NCBI GenBank assembly: GCA_965215505.1
Contig: OZ244065.1
Span: 2,272,001-2,336,000, forward strand
Direction: 5' to 3'
DNA length: 64,000 nucleotides
Source of the DNA: Capsulimonadaceae bacterium
GTDB taxonomy: Bacteria; Armatimonadota; Armatimonadia; Armatimonadales; Capsulimonadaceae
Position numbers and translations under genes: made by a program. Numbering within the stretch: the stretch's first letter is position 1; the number at the start of each line of letters is the position of its first letter. The notes below the pieces were generated by a model, which saw nothing but the letters and a program-made list of their open reading frames with translations, had not been told where the DNA came from and did not search any database. Shown here in pieces: positions 7,080-18,413 of the stretch.

Positions 7080-9899
7080 TTAGCCGCCGGGCGCGGCGGG
7101 CGGGGTCCCGGTCCCGCCGGGTGGCGGCGGGGGGCCTGCCACCGGCGGCACGATCAGGACCGCGGCCTGCTTGGCGTAGATCCAGTAGCCGTTGTAAGGG
7201 TCGAGCGTCCCCGATGTCGGGCTGACCGCCACATAGACGTTGTTCACGGTGTCATACCGGAACAGGTTCGGCTGGACCGGGCTTGTGGCGACGGTCAGGG
7301 CGACCGCCCCAGTGCTGACGGCGGTGTCGGCGGTGACCGTGGAGAGCGGGACCGAGCCGAGGAAGGGATCGCCGATCTGGTTCCAGCCCGCCATGAGCGG
7401 GATGCGGTAGGACTGGGTCAGCGAGGCGGGGACGCCCAGGCGGTGGAGGTAGTTGGCGACGGGGAACTTGATCCAGTACCCCTGGCCGAGCCGGAGCGTG
7501 TCGGCGGGCGGGGCGGGATAGAAGACATAGGCCGCGACTGAAGGCTCCCACTGGAGCAGGCGGGGGTTCGGGCTGGTCAGCGGCGTGGTCAGTCCGAACA
7601 GGGCCGCGAAGTCGCCCAGGTTGGTGAAGTCATACGGCGCGGAGATCATCTGCAAGCCCGCCGCGAAGGTGTGGGCGGGGACGAGCGCGAAGGACTCGGT
7701 CGTCGTCGAGCCGGCCGCCGGGGTGATGCTGACGGGCGTGGGCGAGGCGTAGTGCGTACCACCGGCGGCGGTGACGACGGTAGAGGTGTCCACCTTGATT
7801 GTCAGGACGAGTCCGGCCGGCACGGCCAGCGTGTAGGCACCGGTCGCAGAGGTGGTCGCGGTCGCCTTGACAAGCCCCGTGGCGGCGGAGGTGGCCGTGA
7901 CGGTCGCGCCGACGATGGGGCCGGCGGGGGTGGCGTTGTCGGTGACGAAGCCGCTCACGGTCGCGGTGCCCACACCCTGGTCCGCGTTGAAGGACAGTGC
8001 GGCCACGAGCGGGGCGCCGACGAACGAGCCGAAGCCCGAGGCGTCGTCATAGCCGACGCCCGCCGAGTAGAAGAGGTTGTCACCGGTCGTGATGTCGTGG
8101 AAGATCGTGTTGTAGCCGGTGCCTCGGGCGAGGCTGTAGAGGGTCGGGTTGGCGAATCCCAATGTCGTCGTCAGGCCGTTCAGCCCGCGCTGCTGGTTGA
8201 CCAGGGCGGTGAAGGCGGCCCAGAGCGGGGCGGCGGCGCTCGTCCCGCCGACGGTCACGGCGGTTCCGCCGAGGTAGATGTCATAGCCGGTGGCCGGGTT
8301 CGCGTCCAGTGCGACGTCCGGGATGTTCCGCTGCTTCGGGTCGGTCCCCAAGCCGAGCTGATAGCTGGGGGTGGGCCAGTCGGCGCTGATGCCGCCGCCG
8401 CCGCCCTCAGGGCCGGTGGCGTTGTTGGCCGTGCCGGTCTTCCAGACGGTTTCGGAGACGTAGCTGCCGGGCGTCGTCACCCCCGCCGCGCTGGTGGTCG
8501 GCTTGGAGTAGCTCAGGGTCGTGCCGCCGACGGCGGTGACGAACGGGTCCGAGGCCGGGCTGTCCACCTCGACCGACGTGGGGCGCTTGGGGTAGCCGTC
8601 GTAGGCACCCTGGTCGCCGGTGGCGGAGAAGATGGACTGGCCCTGGGCGGCCATCTTCTGGAAGATGGCGTCCTCGGCGGCGATGATGGTCGGGTCCTCA
8701 TCCTGTTCGGGCTGGCCCCAGGAGGTGCTGATCACCTGGACGAGCGGCTTGCCGCTGCCGTCGAGGGCGGTGTCGTCGGCCATCCGCGTGAAGATGTCCA
8801 CGACGACGGTCGGGGTGGGAGCGGCCACCGTCCCCTGACTGCCCTCGTAGCTGTAGATGGCGGTGGCCTTCGGGGCCAGCGCCAGCATCATGTCAATGTC
8901 GAGCGTCACCTCGTCCTGGCCCGCGCCGGTCGTGCTGGTCGTGACGAAGTTGTCCACCGCGACCGGCTGCACGGTCCCGAACACGGCCGCCGCCGTGCCA
9001 ACCGCGGCCTGGTAGGGGACGGCAGGCAGGCTGAACTGGCTGATGAAAAGGTTGATGTCGGTCTGGGCGAAGCTGTCCAGCTCGAACAACCCCAGCGTCT
9101 GTCCGGTGCCATCCAGCAGGGTGGTCGTGCCGGTGGTCGTGCCCGTCGTGGACGACCCGTAGAGGGGCGTGATGGTGTTGAGGGAGTAAGCCAGCTTGAC
9201 GTCGTTGGGCGACAGGCCGCCCGCCGGGCCGCTGCCGATGCCCGTCCCGCCGCCGCCGACGGGGACGCGGGGCCGAAGAGTCATGCTCCAGGGCTGGGCG
9301 CGGTGGAAGTGGGGCCGGAGGTGGCTGATGTCGCTCAGTCCGGCGACGCCGGCCAGGCGGGCGGCGACCGAGCGGGCGATGCGCGGCGTCACGTCGTTGG
9401 CGTAGACGATGCGGCCGTCGGTCGTGCGGTAGTGGCTCATCTGGACGGCGAATGCCGCCTCAACCTGGGCGGAGGTCCCGGCGATGTCCAGCACGGTGCG
9501 GCTGGGGTGGGTGCCGGTCACGGTAAGGCCCTGCGCCCGCGCCCAGGCGGCCACCGCCTTGTAATCTTCCTCGGTCGGGCCGAACCGCTGGACGAACTCG
9601 TCCGAGGTGACAAAGCGCCCATACAGCGCGTCGCCCGGCGTGTACTGGCGGCGCAGCAGGTCTTCCAAGGCGGCCTGGTTCCGCAGCGGCAGGGTCAGGG
9701 CGAGGTGGAGCGGGGTGCCAGGCGCCAGGCGGCCCAGGGCGCGCGCCCCGCGCAGGGCGGGCGCTTGGGCAGCGTGGAGCGCGAGCGGGGCGCGCGGCTC
9801 CGCCGCCCGCGCGGGCGCGTGGCCGGACGCGGTCAGCGCCAGGGCCAGCAGCAGCGCGGGCTTCAGCGCCTTGGGCCGGAGGGTATGGGAGAGATGCAT
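7080..9899 (-). CDS. secreted S53 (sedolisin/kumamolisin) protease with activation propeptide, carboxypeptidase-regulatory-like domain and unknown C-terminal domain
   Basis: Signal peptide, pro-kumamolisin-like propeptide, EVTLD (Glu/Asp), TGDQG (oxyanion Asp), GGTSAAAP (Ser), DITTGDN and GYDDASGFGS Ca-site motifs. Confidence 0.92.
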   Translation of the reverse strand: MHLSHTLRPKALKPALLLALALTASGHAPARAAEPRAPLALHAAQAPALRGARALGRLAPGTPLHLALTLPLRNQAALEDLLRRQYTPGDALYGRFVTSDEFVQRFGPTEEDYKAVAAWARAQGLTVTGTHPSRTVLDIAGTSAQVEAAFAVQMSHYRTTDGRIVYANDVTPRIARSVAARLAGVAGLSDISHLRPHFHRAQPWSMTLRPRVPVGGGGTGIGSGPAGGLSPNDVKLAYSLNTITPLYGSSTTGTTTGTTTLLDGTGQTLGLFELDSFAQTDINLFISQFSLPAVPYQAAVGTAAAVFGTVQPVAVDNFVTTSTTGAGQDEVTLDIDMMLALAPKATAIYSYEGSQGTVAAPTPTVVVDIFTRMADDTALDGSGKPLVQVISTSWGQPEQDEDPTIIAAEDAIFQKMAAQGQSIFSATGDQGAYDGYPKRPTSVEVDSPASDPFVTAVGGTTLSYSKPTTSAAGVTTPGSYVSETVWKTGTANNATGPEGGGGGISADWPTPSYQLGLGTDPKQRNIPDVALDANPATGYDIYLGGTAVTVGGTSAAAPLWAAFTALVNQQRGLNGLTTTLGFANPTLYSLARGTGYNTIFHDITTGDNLFYSAGVGYDDASGFGSFVGAPLVAALSFNADQGVGTATVSGFVTDNATPAGPIVGATVTATSAATGLVKATATTSATGAYTLAVPAGLVLTIKVDTSTVVTAAGGTHYASPTPVSITPAAGSTTTESFALVPAHTFAAGLQMISAPYDFTNLGDFAALFGLTTPLTSPNPRLLQWEPSVAAYVFYPAPPADTLRLGQGYWIKFPVANYLHRLGVPASLTQSYRIPLMAGWNQIGDPFLGSVPLSTVTADTAVSTGAVALTVATSPVQPNLFRYDTVNNVYVAVSPTSGTLDPYNGYWIYAKQAAVLIVPPVAGPPPPPGGTGTPPAAPGG

Positions 9900-10028
9900 C
9901 GGGGACAAACTCCTTGATCGGGAAAGCGGCTTCGAAAAAGCGGGTGCGGACGTGAAGGGTGCGGACGCGGGCCGTGGCGCTGCCGGGTGCAGCGGAACGC
10001 ATCTTTTCGTATATTATCTCTAGGACCT

Positions 10029-10057
10029 ATTATAAGGGAAAGAAGCGGCGCTGTCAA
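10029..10057 (-). promoter_or_regulatory. consensus sigma70 promoter TTGACA-17-TATAAT for the S53 gene
   Basis: TGTCAA at 10052-10057 and ATTATA at 10029-10034 on the + strand, 17-nt spacer. Confidence 0.8.
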
Positions 10058-10099
10058 GCATCAAAACGCGGCGGGCCGAAATACGGGGGTGCCGGGCGC

Positions 10100-10615
10100 T
10101 CAGGAGAGGCGCCCGAAAGGGTTGTCGCGCTGCCGCCCGACGTGCAGGAGCCGCAGCAGCAGGTACACCGGCAGGGCAAGCAGGGTGTTGTAAATGACCT
10201 CACCGCCCGCCTGCTCGACCCAGCGGCGGACGTGGTGGACGGCCAGGCCGGGGGCCATCAGGACGTACAGCATCTCGGCCAGCACGGTCGTCGCCAGGAC
10301 CACTACGGGGGGAACGACCAGGTTGTCACGGATCAGGCTGCGCCCGAAGCCGCCGGCGAAGGCGCCGGCCAGGATGCGGCTGACGAACAGACTGCCGTAG
10401 GTCTGCGGGAAGGCCGCCGCCGCCAGCAGTCCGGCCCAGAAGCCCAGGACGGCCCCGCGCGCGCTGCCGACGAGCAGCGCCCCGCAGGAGAGCGCGACCA
10501 GCGGCAGGTCCGGCTGCGCGCCGTGAACACTGACGGCGTGGGCGAGGCGGCCCTGGAGGATGGCCGCCAGCCAGACCAGCAGGGCGGCCAGGAAGACGTG
10601 GCGCGTCGGGATCAT
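10100..10615 (-). CDS. mreD: rod shape-determining protein MreD
   Basis: Hydrophobic 171-aa protein with QPDLPLV and GAVLGFWAGLL motifs. ATGA overlap with mreC. Confidence 0.85.
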   Translation of the reverse strand: MIPTRHVFLAALLVWLAAILQGRLAHAVSVHGAQPDLPLVALSCGALLVGSARGAVLGFWAGLLAAAAFPQTYGSLFVSRILAGAFAGGFGRSLIRDNLVVPPVVVLATTVLAEMLYVLMAPGLAVHHVRRWVEQAGGEVIYNTLLALPVYLLLRLLHVGRQRDNPFGRLS

Positions 10616-11517
10616 GGGTTGGGCTGGGTTTGTGCGTCAGGCGCGTCTTGCGGCGGGCCGCCCTTCGCGCCCGCGCCGTCCGTGGGCGTGTCCTTGATCA
10701 CGAAGACTTCCTCGAGGTGATCGTAATCGGCGGCGGGACGCAGGAGGGCGGTCTGGAGCGACCTGGTCTTGTCTATCGAGATGGACGCGACTGCCCCGAT
10801 GGGTACGGACTTCGGGAAGACGCCGCCCAGGCCGGACGTGGTCACGGCGTCGCCGACGTGCAGCAGGGTGTCGCTCCGCAGGTAGGTGACGCGCAGATCG
10901 CCCGCCCCGTCGCCCTGACACAGCCCGATGGGGCCGCGCGGGGTGTGGTTGTGGACGAGAGCGCCGACGCTCGAACCAGAATCGGTCAGCAGCAGGACGT
11001 CGCAGGAGTGGGCCGAAACGTCCAGCACCTGCCCGACCAAGGCCCCATTGGGGGCGAGGACGACCGACTGTGGGTGGATGCCCTGCGCGCTGCCCCGGTT
11101 CAGGATAAGCGTGTCGGAGTGCGGGTTGGGCTTGAGCGCGGCGACCTGAGCGGCGAGCAGGGGGCGGGGGGCGCGCTGCTCGAACCCGAGCAGCCGCCGC
11201 AGGCGGCCGTTCTCGGCCTGTGCAGTCAGCAGGGACTTGTTCTGGGCGGACAGGTCCAGGACGCGGGCCTTCAGGGCGGCGTTCTCGCGGGCGAGGCGAG
11301 GACCGGATAGGAGTGACCCGGCGCTCAGGTGCCACCACCGGCCGCCGAGGGCCGCCACGACCTGGGCGGGGACCAGACCCATGTCCGAGACGGCCCCCGT
11401 GACGGGGTCCGCCGCGCCGCGCCGGGCCGACCGGCCGTGCAGCGCGGTCAGGAGGCCGCAGAGGACCAGCAGGAGGAGCAGTGTCCCCCCGCGCCGGTTG
11501 TCGCGCTCAGGTCGCAT
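10612..11517 (-). CDS. mreC: rod shape-determining protein MreC
   Basis: ENGRLRRLL coiled coil, LNRGSAQGI, VTTSGLGGVFPKSVPIG and LEEVFV motifs. Confidence 0.93.
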   Translation of the reverse strand: MRPERDNRRGGTLLLLLVLCGLLTALHGRSARRGAADPVTGAVSDMGLVPAQVVAALGGRWWHLSAGSLLSGPRLARENAALKARVLDLSAQNKSLLTAQAENGRLRRLLGFEQRAPRPLLAAQVAALKPNPHSDTLILNRGSAQGIHPQSVVLAPNGALVGQVLDVSAHSCDVLLLTDSGSSVGALVHNHTPRGPIGLCQGDGAGDLRVTYLRSDTLLHVGDAVTTSGLGGVFPKSVPIGAVASISIDKTRSLQTALLRPAADYDHLEEVFVIKDTPTDGAGAKGGPPQDAPDAQTQPNP

Positions 11518-11532
11518 AGGAAGTGCCGTGGG

Positions 11533-11671
11533 GAGGCCCCCACCCCCGCCGCAGACGGCGATCCCTCCCCCGCAAGCGGGAGAGGGGTGTGGAGAAGAGG
11601 GCGCTCATTTCTTTCTTAACCCTCTCCCGCTTGCGGGGGAGGGTGGCACGCTCGCGTGCCGGGTGGGGGCC
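11533..11671. repeat. inverted pair of REP-like elements (CCCTCCCCCGCAAGCGGGAGAGGG) between mreB and mreC
   Basis: Copy at ~11563-11586 and reverse-complement copy at ~11620-11643. The same motif occurs at ~3455-3478. Confidence 0.8.
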
Positions 11672-11679
11672 GGGCGGCG

Positions 11680-12756
11680 TTAACGCCCCGGCGACGTGTA
11701 GTGGCCCAGCCGCGTCTCGGTCAGCAGTACATTACGGAGCGCACTGGAGCGCGAGGCCTCGTCCAGACATTTGCCGGTGCCCAGCACGACGCACGAGAGC
11801 GGGTCGGGGGCGATGTGGACGGGCATCCCGGTCTCACGCGAGATCAGCCGGTCCAGGCCGCGCAGAAGGGCACCGCCGCCGGCCAGCATGATGCCGCTGT
11901 CCATGATGTCGGCGGACAGCTCGGGCGGCGTGTCTTCCAAAGTCTCCTTGACGGTCTCGACGATGGCGTTGATCGGGTCGGCAATCGCCTCGCGAACCTG
12001 TTGGGAGGTGATGATGGTCATGCGCGGCAGGCCCGTGATCAGGTCGCGCCCGCGTATCTCCATCGAGGTCTCATGTTCCAGCCGGTCGGCGGAGCCGATG
12101 TTGATCTTGCAGTCCTCGGCCATGCGGTCGCCGATGAGCAGGTTGAAGGCCTGCCGGGCGTAGGCGACGATGGCCTCATCAATCTCGTCGCCCGCGATGC
12201 GGATCGAGCGGGAGGCGGCCATGGCGCTCAGGGAGATGACGGCCACCTCGGAAGTCCCGCCGCCGATGTCCACGATCATGGAGCCGACCGGCTCGGACAC
12301 GGGCAGGCCCGCCCCGATCGCCGCCGCCATCGGCTCCTCGATAAGATAGGCCTCTTTGGCACCGGCCTTCTTGGTCGCCTCGATGACCGCGCGCCGCTCC
12401 ACCTCGGTGATGCCCGAGGGGATGCCGACGACGACGATGGGGTGGACGAACCCCTTGCGGCGATGAACCTTCTCGATGAAGTAGCGCAGCATCCGCTCCG
12501 TCTGGTCGAAGTCGGCGATGACCCCGTCTTTGAGCGGGCGGATGGCGATGATGTTGCCCGGCGTCCGGCCCAGCATCCGCTTGGCTTCCTCACCGACGCT
12601 CAGAACCTCATTCGTCCTCCGGTTGACGGCCACCACGCTCGGCTCACGCAGCAGTATCCCGCGCCCCTGGACATGGACGAGCGTGTTGGCGGTGCCGAGG
12701 TCAATGCCCATGTCGCGCGAGAACCGGCTCGACATCCGGCGGATGAAATTGAACAT
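11680..12756 (-). CDS. mreB: cell shape-determining actin-like protein MreB
   Basis: [33 protein letters not shown] and LAGGGALL motifs. Start taken at MFNF. Confidence 0.96.
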   Translation of the reverse strand: MFNFIRRMSSRFSRDMGIDLGTANTLVHVQGRGILLREPSVVAVNRRTNEVLSVGEEAKRMLGRTPGNIIAIRPLKDGVIADFDQTERMLRYFIEKVHRRKGFVHPIVVVGIPSGITEVERRAVIEATKKAGAKEAYLIEEPMAAAIGAGLPVSEPVGSMIVDIGGGTSEVAVISLSAMAASRSIRIAGDEIDEAIVAYARQAFNLLIGDRMAEDCKINIGSADRLEHETSMEIRGRDLITGLPRMTIITSQQVREAIADPINAIVETVKETLEDTPPELSADIMDSGIMLAGGGALLRGLDRLISRETGMPVHIAPDPLSCVVLGTGKCLDEASRSSALRNVLLTETRLGHYTSPGR

Positions 12757-12819
12757 GAAGAACGTGCTGCTCCTGACGTGAGGAGCCGGGCGGCGCAGGC
12801 CGCGTCGGCTGTCGGCTTC

Positions 12820-12828
12820 ATTATAGCA
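12820..12828 (-). promoter_or_regulatory. extended -10 element TGCTATAAT for mreBCD
   Basis: ATTATAGCA on the + strand, ~65 nt upstream of the mreB start. Confidence 0.6.
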
Positions 12829-12927
12829 TAATTGGGGCGCGATTGCGGCGGAGCGGGGCAGGCGAACGGGCATGGAATTATTTTTCTGCTCCCACTCTCG
12901 TGGAGCAGAAACGTGGAAATATCAGGC

Positions 12928-12953
12928 GTTTGCCCCAAGTTTCGCGGGGGTAA
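12928..12953 (+). promoter_or_regulatory. putative SigB/SigF-type promoter GTTT-N16-GGGTAA
   Basis: GTTT at 12928-12931 and GGGTAA at 12948-12953, upstream of the ysnF-like gene. Confidence 0.45.
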
Positions 12954-13042
12954 AGTGGGGCTGTCCGGTTGGCTCGACCCGCGACGCGGCGGCCTGACAG
13001 GCACTCAACGACTAAGCACATAAAACGATCAGGAGAACAACA

Positions 13043-13864
13043 ATGGCAAGCACAGTGGTAGGACTTTTCGAGACGCGCGCCGAGGCCGAGGCCGCCCTGA
13101 ACGACCTGATTTCCAGCGGCTTCAGCAGCAGCGACATCGACCTGAAAGCGGCAGGCTACGGCGGCGGCGGCCTGATCAGCGAACTTGAGGGCGAGGGCGT
13201 CCCCAGCGCCGACGCCAAGCTCTACTCCGAGGGCGTCTCGGCGGGCGACGCGCTGGAGATTGCCCACACGAGCGACGACCGCGCGATGCTGGCGCAGGAG
13301 ATCATGAACCGGCACGGCGCTCTGGACATCCACGACGCCTTCACCCAGCGCAGCGGCACCCTGACGACCGGCATGGCCGATGCGGGCCTGGTCGGCGCGG
13401 GCGCGGCGGCCTCCACACTTTCATCCGGGACGGCGACGACCGGCACGGTGAACGCGGGCGACGAGGCGGTGATCCCGGTCATCGAGGAAGAGCTGGCCGT
13501 GGGCAAGCGGCAGATCCAGCGCGGCGGCGTCCGCGTCTTCCAGCGCGTCACCGAGCGCCCCGTCCAGGAGAGCGTGTCGCTGCACGAGGAGCATGTGACC
13601 ATCGAGCGCGTGGCGGTTGACCGGCCCGTGACCAGCGCCGACGCCGCCTTCCGCGAGGGCACCATCGAGGTGACCGAGACCGCCGAGGTCCCTGTCGTCG
13701 CCAAGGACGCCCGCGTGGTCGAGGAAGTCGTCGTCGGCAAGACCGCGACCGACCGGGTCGAGACCATCTCTGACACCGTGCGCCGCACCGACGTGGAGGT
13801 CGAGGAGATCCCCGGCACGACCACGACGACTGGCACCACGACGACCGGCACGACCAAGCTCTAA
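13043..13864 (+). CDS. YsnF/AvaK (DUF2382) domain stress protein
   Basis: IPVIEEELAVGKR, EEHVTIER, VVAKDARVVEEVVVGK and DTVRRTDVEVE motifs. AGGAG RBS. Confidence 0.9.
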   Translation: MASTVVGLFETRAEAEAALNDLISSGFSSSDIDLKAAGYGGGGLISELEGEGVPSADAKLYSEGVSAGDALEIAHTSDDRAMLAQEIMNRHGALDIHDAFTQRSGTLTTGMADAGLVGAGAAASTLSSGTATTGTVNAGDEAVIPVIEEELAVGKRQIQRGGVRVFQRVTERPVQESVSLHEEHVTIERVAVDRPVTSADAAFREGTIEVTETAEVPVVAKDARVVEEVVVGKTATDRVETISDTVRRTDVEVEEIPGTTTTTGTTTTGTTKL

Positions 13865-13873
13865 AGGAGCGGA

Positions 13874-13902
13874 GGCGGGCGGCTCACCCTGAGCCGCCCG
13901 CC
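13874..13902 (+). terminator. GC-rich hairpin between the ysnF-like gene and the next gene
   Basis: GGCGGGCGGCTCA-CCC-TGAGCCGCCCGCC. No U-tract, so it may be a stabilising or processing hairpin instead. Confidence 0.5.
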
Positions 13903-13909
13903 GTAAGGG

Positions 13910-14614
13910 ATGTTTGACATGGCAGAGAAGTACACTGAAGATCAGGGCCGTGTGGGGGCCGAAGGCGGCGCCCAGATTTATCAGGAGAAGAAGGGCCTCC
14001 CCATCTGGCTGTGGCCGCTGCTGGCCTTCCTGCTGCTGGGCCTCCTGTTCTTCTTCCTGCGACCCCACGGGCAGAACAACACGGCGCAGCAGACGGCGAC
14101 GCCGCCCGCCGCCGCCCCGACGGCACCCGCCGTGGCTGACGCCACCACGGCGGCCCCTGTTGCAGGCGGGACGGACACGTCTGGCAAGGACATCAAGGTC
14201 CATAGCGGCACGGACATCACTACAGCCAAGCCCGGACAGGCCAGCGTCCCCGGCGTCCCCTTGAGCGACGTGGTGGCCTTCGCGACCGCCGCCGACGCGA
14301 CGACGTTCATCGGGCGCAAGGCCAAGCTGACTAACGTCCAGGTGCAGAAGGTCATCACCGACCGCGCCTTCTTCGTCGGGCCGAGCGCCCAGCAGCAGAT
14401 GCTGGTCCTGCTCGACAAGGGTATGGACGCCGGGGCGAGCGGCGGCAGCAAGGTAACAATCGCGGCGGGCCAACCCGTCTCCCTGATCGGCGTCGTGGAG
14501 GCCCTGCCGACACAGGAAGCCGTCAACCAGACCTACGGGGTCAGCACAGCCGATTTCGCCGCCATCCAGGACCAGAAGGCGTACCTGCACGCGACGGTCG
14601 CGCAGCAGAAGTAA
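13910..14614 (+). CDS. single-pass membrane protein with Ala/Pro/Thr linker and extracytoplasmic domain
   Basis: EKKGLPIWLWPLLAFLLLGLLFFFLRP anchor and coding-like codon usage. Start 13910 or 13919. Confidence 0.8.
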   Translation: MFDMAEKYTEDQGRVGAEGGAQIYQEKKGLPIWLWPLLAFLLLGLLFFFLRPHGQNNTAQQTATPPAAAPTAPAVADATTAAPVAGGTDTSGKDIKVHSGTDITTAKPGQASVPGVPLSDVVAFATAADATTFIGRKAKLTNVQVQKVITDRAFFVGPSAQQQMLVLLDKGMDAGASGGSKVTIAAGQPVSLIGVVEALPTQEAVNQTYGVSTADFAAIQDQKAYLHATVAQQK

Positions 14615-14634
14615 GCAGAAGAAGCACGACAGGG

Positions 14635-14668
14635 AAGGCCGGGGGCAGTGATGCCCCCGGCCTTTTCT
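14635..14668 (+). terminator. intrinsic terminator
   Basis: AAGGCCGGGGGCA-GTGA-TGCCCCCGGCCTT followed by TTCT. Confidence 0.8.
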
Positions 14669-14680
14669 GCTGCATGACCC

Positions 14681-17890
<3,210 letters not shown>

Positions 17891-17944
17891 GGTGCGTCGT
17901 TATTCTACCCGGAGAGATGCGCGAGAAGCAAGCGAATCCGCCGC

Positions 17945-17974
17945 TTGACTACTCCCGTAGTCCTATGATATACT
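17945..17974 (+). promoter_or_regulatory. promoter TTGACT-18-TATACT (extended -10 TG) with overlapping palindromic BlaI-type operator GACTAC-N4-GTAGTC
   Basis: Palindrome at 17947-17962 overlaps the -35 element and resembles the ACTACA-N2-TGTAGT BlaI/MecI box. Confidence 0.75.
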
Positions 17975-18010
17975 GTTCGTGCCTCTGACCGGCCGGAAGG
18001 AACACACACG

Positions 18011-18409
18011 ATGAATAAACCGCCCACGCTGGGCGACCAGGAACTCGCCCTGCTCCGCCACGTCACCGACCACGCGCCCGTCACCGTCCGCGAGGTGGCC
18101 GAGGGCTTCGGCGAGTCGCACGGCTTGGCCCGGACGACTGTCCTGACCATGATGGAGCGCCTGCGCCGGAAGAACTTCCTGACGCGGCGCAAGGACGGCG
18201 GCGCGTTCCAGTACCTTCCCGTCGTCGCCAAGACCGAGCTGATGCAGAACCTCGTTCATGACTTCGTCGAGAAGACATTGGGCGGCTCGCTCTCGCCGTT
18301 CGTCGCCTATCTCAGCGAGGCGAAGGGCCTGTCGGCTCCTGAGCTTGCCGAACTGCGGAAGCTGATCGAGACGCAGGAGTCCGAGGGCAGGTCGCCCGAG
18401 AGGAGCTAG
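18011..18409 (+). CDS. BlaI/MecI/CopY-family transcriptional repressor
   Basis: LGDQELALL, TVREVAE, LARTTVLTMMERL and FVEKTLGGSLSPFVAYL motifs. Directly upstream of an M56 gene. Confidence 0.93.
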   Translation: MNKPPTLGDQELALLRHVTDHAPVTVREVAEGFGESHGLARTTVLTMMERLRRKNFLTRRKDGGAFQYLPVVAKTELMQNLVHDFVEKTLGGSLSPFVAYLSEAKGLSAPELAELRKLIETQESEGRSPERS

Positions 18410-18413
18410 GCCG

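Noticed and set aside
7671-9917. 748-aa plus-strand ORF and similar long antisense ORFs (39824-42697, 35969-37720, 56678-58525, 26788-28215)
   Set aside because: Shadow frames opposite well-supported genes, expected in high-GC DNA, with no recognisable motifs.
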